From: Gemmatimonadales bacterium
GTDB taxonomy: Bacteria > Gemmatimonadota > Gemmatimonadetes > Gemmatimonadales > GWC2-71-9
DNA: 14,718 nt
Reading direction: 5' to 3'
Assembly: GCA_050183505.1 (NCBI GenBank)
Contig: JBFXBG010000099.1
Span: 1-14,718 of the forward strand
Under the pieces are notes generated by a model that worked only from the letters and a program-made list of their open reading frames with translations, was not told the DNA's origin and did not search any database. A program made the translations under genes and the position numbers. This document shows, piece by piece, positions 14,262 through 14,718 of the stretch. The number at the start of each line of letters is the position of its first letter. Positions within the stretch are counted from its first letter, which is position 1.

Positions 14262-14718
14262 GGGGTACGCCCCCGGGCCTCGTCGATGATGAGGAGCATC
14301 CCGTCCAGGGTGAAGGTCACGCCTTCAGGCTGGGCGTGGCGGGCCGGGGGGAGGGCCAACGCCCGCACCCGGCGGCCGTCCGGAGTGATCTCGATCAAGG
14401 CATGATCCAGCGAGGAGATGATGACGTAATCGCCGGTCCGGGGATCGACCTCGATCCCTGAAGGATGGAACTCGCGCCAGGTCGTCTGCCGCAGCAGGTC
14501 CGGAAGACTCACCATCAGCGATGTGAGCCTGCTGTCCTTGTCTCCCCACAGGGCCCAGCGGTAGACGACCAGCTTCCCGCGCTGCCGCCGGCCCACGTGT
14601 TTGCAGGCCAGCAGCAGCGCGTCGAGTGACGGGTCGTAGGCCAGTCCTTCGACCTCGCAATCGACCCCGGTCCGGTGCCGGGTGTAGTTCACCCGCGCGC
14701 CGTCCCGGCCTTCGGCGG
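14234..14718 (-). CDS. Beta-propeller protein of the SdiA-regulated/YjiK or esterase-like-phytase type. C-terminal part only: the ORF probably continues beyond the window end.
   Basis: Repeated D..EG(L/V)(A/T)(Y/F) blades: EVEGLAYDPSLDALLLACKH and HAQPEGVTFTLDGMLLIIDEA. No in-frame stop between 14692 and the window end. Overlaps the phosphoesterase start by 10-28 nt. Confidence 0.55.
   Translation of the reverse strand, partial: AEGRDGARVNYTRHRTGVDCEVEGLAYDPSLDALLLACKHVGRRQRGKLVVYRWALWGDKDSRLTSLMVSLPDLLRQTTWREFHPSGIEVDPRTGDYVIISSLDHALIEITPDGRRVRALALPPARHAQPEGVTFTLDGMLLIIDEARGRTPWLTVYRWR

Overview
The window is roughly two-thirds G+C bacterial chromosomal DNA. I cannot assign a taxon from sequence alone. 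Every gene I can support lies on the minus strand, as a 16-gene co-directional array. Reading 5'->3' on the minus strand: a YjiK/phytase-like beta-propeller protein (partial), a lipoprotein metallophosphoesterase, RNase HI, a double-zinc-ribbon protein, an isocitrate/isopropylmalate-dehydrogenase-family enzyme, a small secreted protein, thiolase, an SPFH/stomatin protein, a glycine-zipper 2-TM hypothetical, 3-hydroxybutyryl-CoA dehydrogenase, a DUF2231-like membrane protein, a Tat-like lipoprotein, a GlcD-type FAD-linked oxidase, thyA, folA and a Ddl-like ATP-grasp ligase (partial). All long plus-strand ORFs in the track read as antisense shadows. The content is housekeeping rather than an obvious defence island. 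The standout signal is non-coding. Almost every stop-to-start spacer between adjacent genes carries an imperfect inverted repeat whose arms are tandem 7-8-nt units. There are two arm types (GGATTGAG/TGATTGGA and GTAAGRRG/GTGAGAAG). The arms overlap the upstream stop codon and abut, or include, the downstream start codon. This looks like a previously uncharacterised family of intercistronic hairpin elements. Coordinates for intergenic elements are anchored to ORF-track boundaries and may be off by a base or two.
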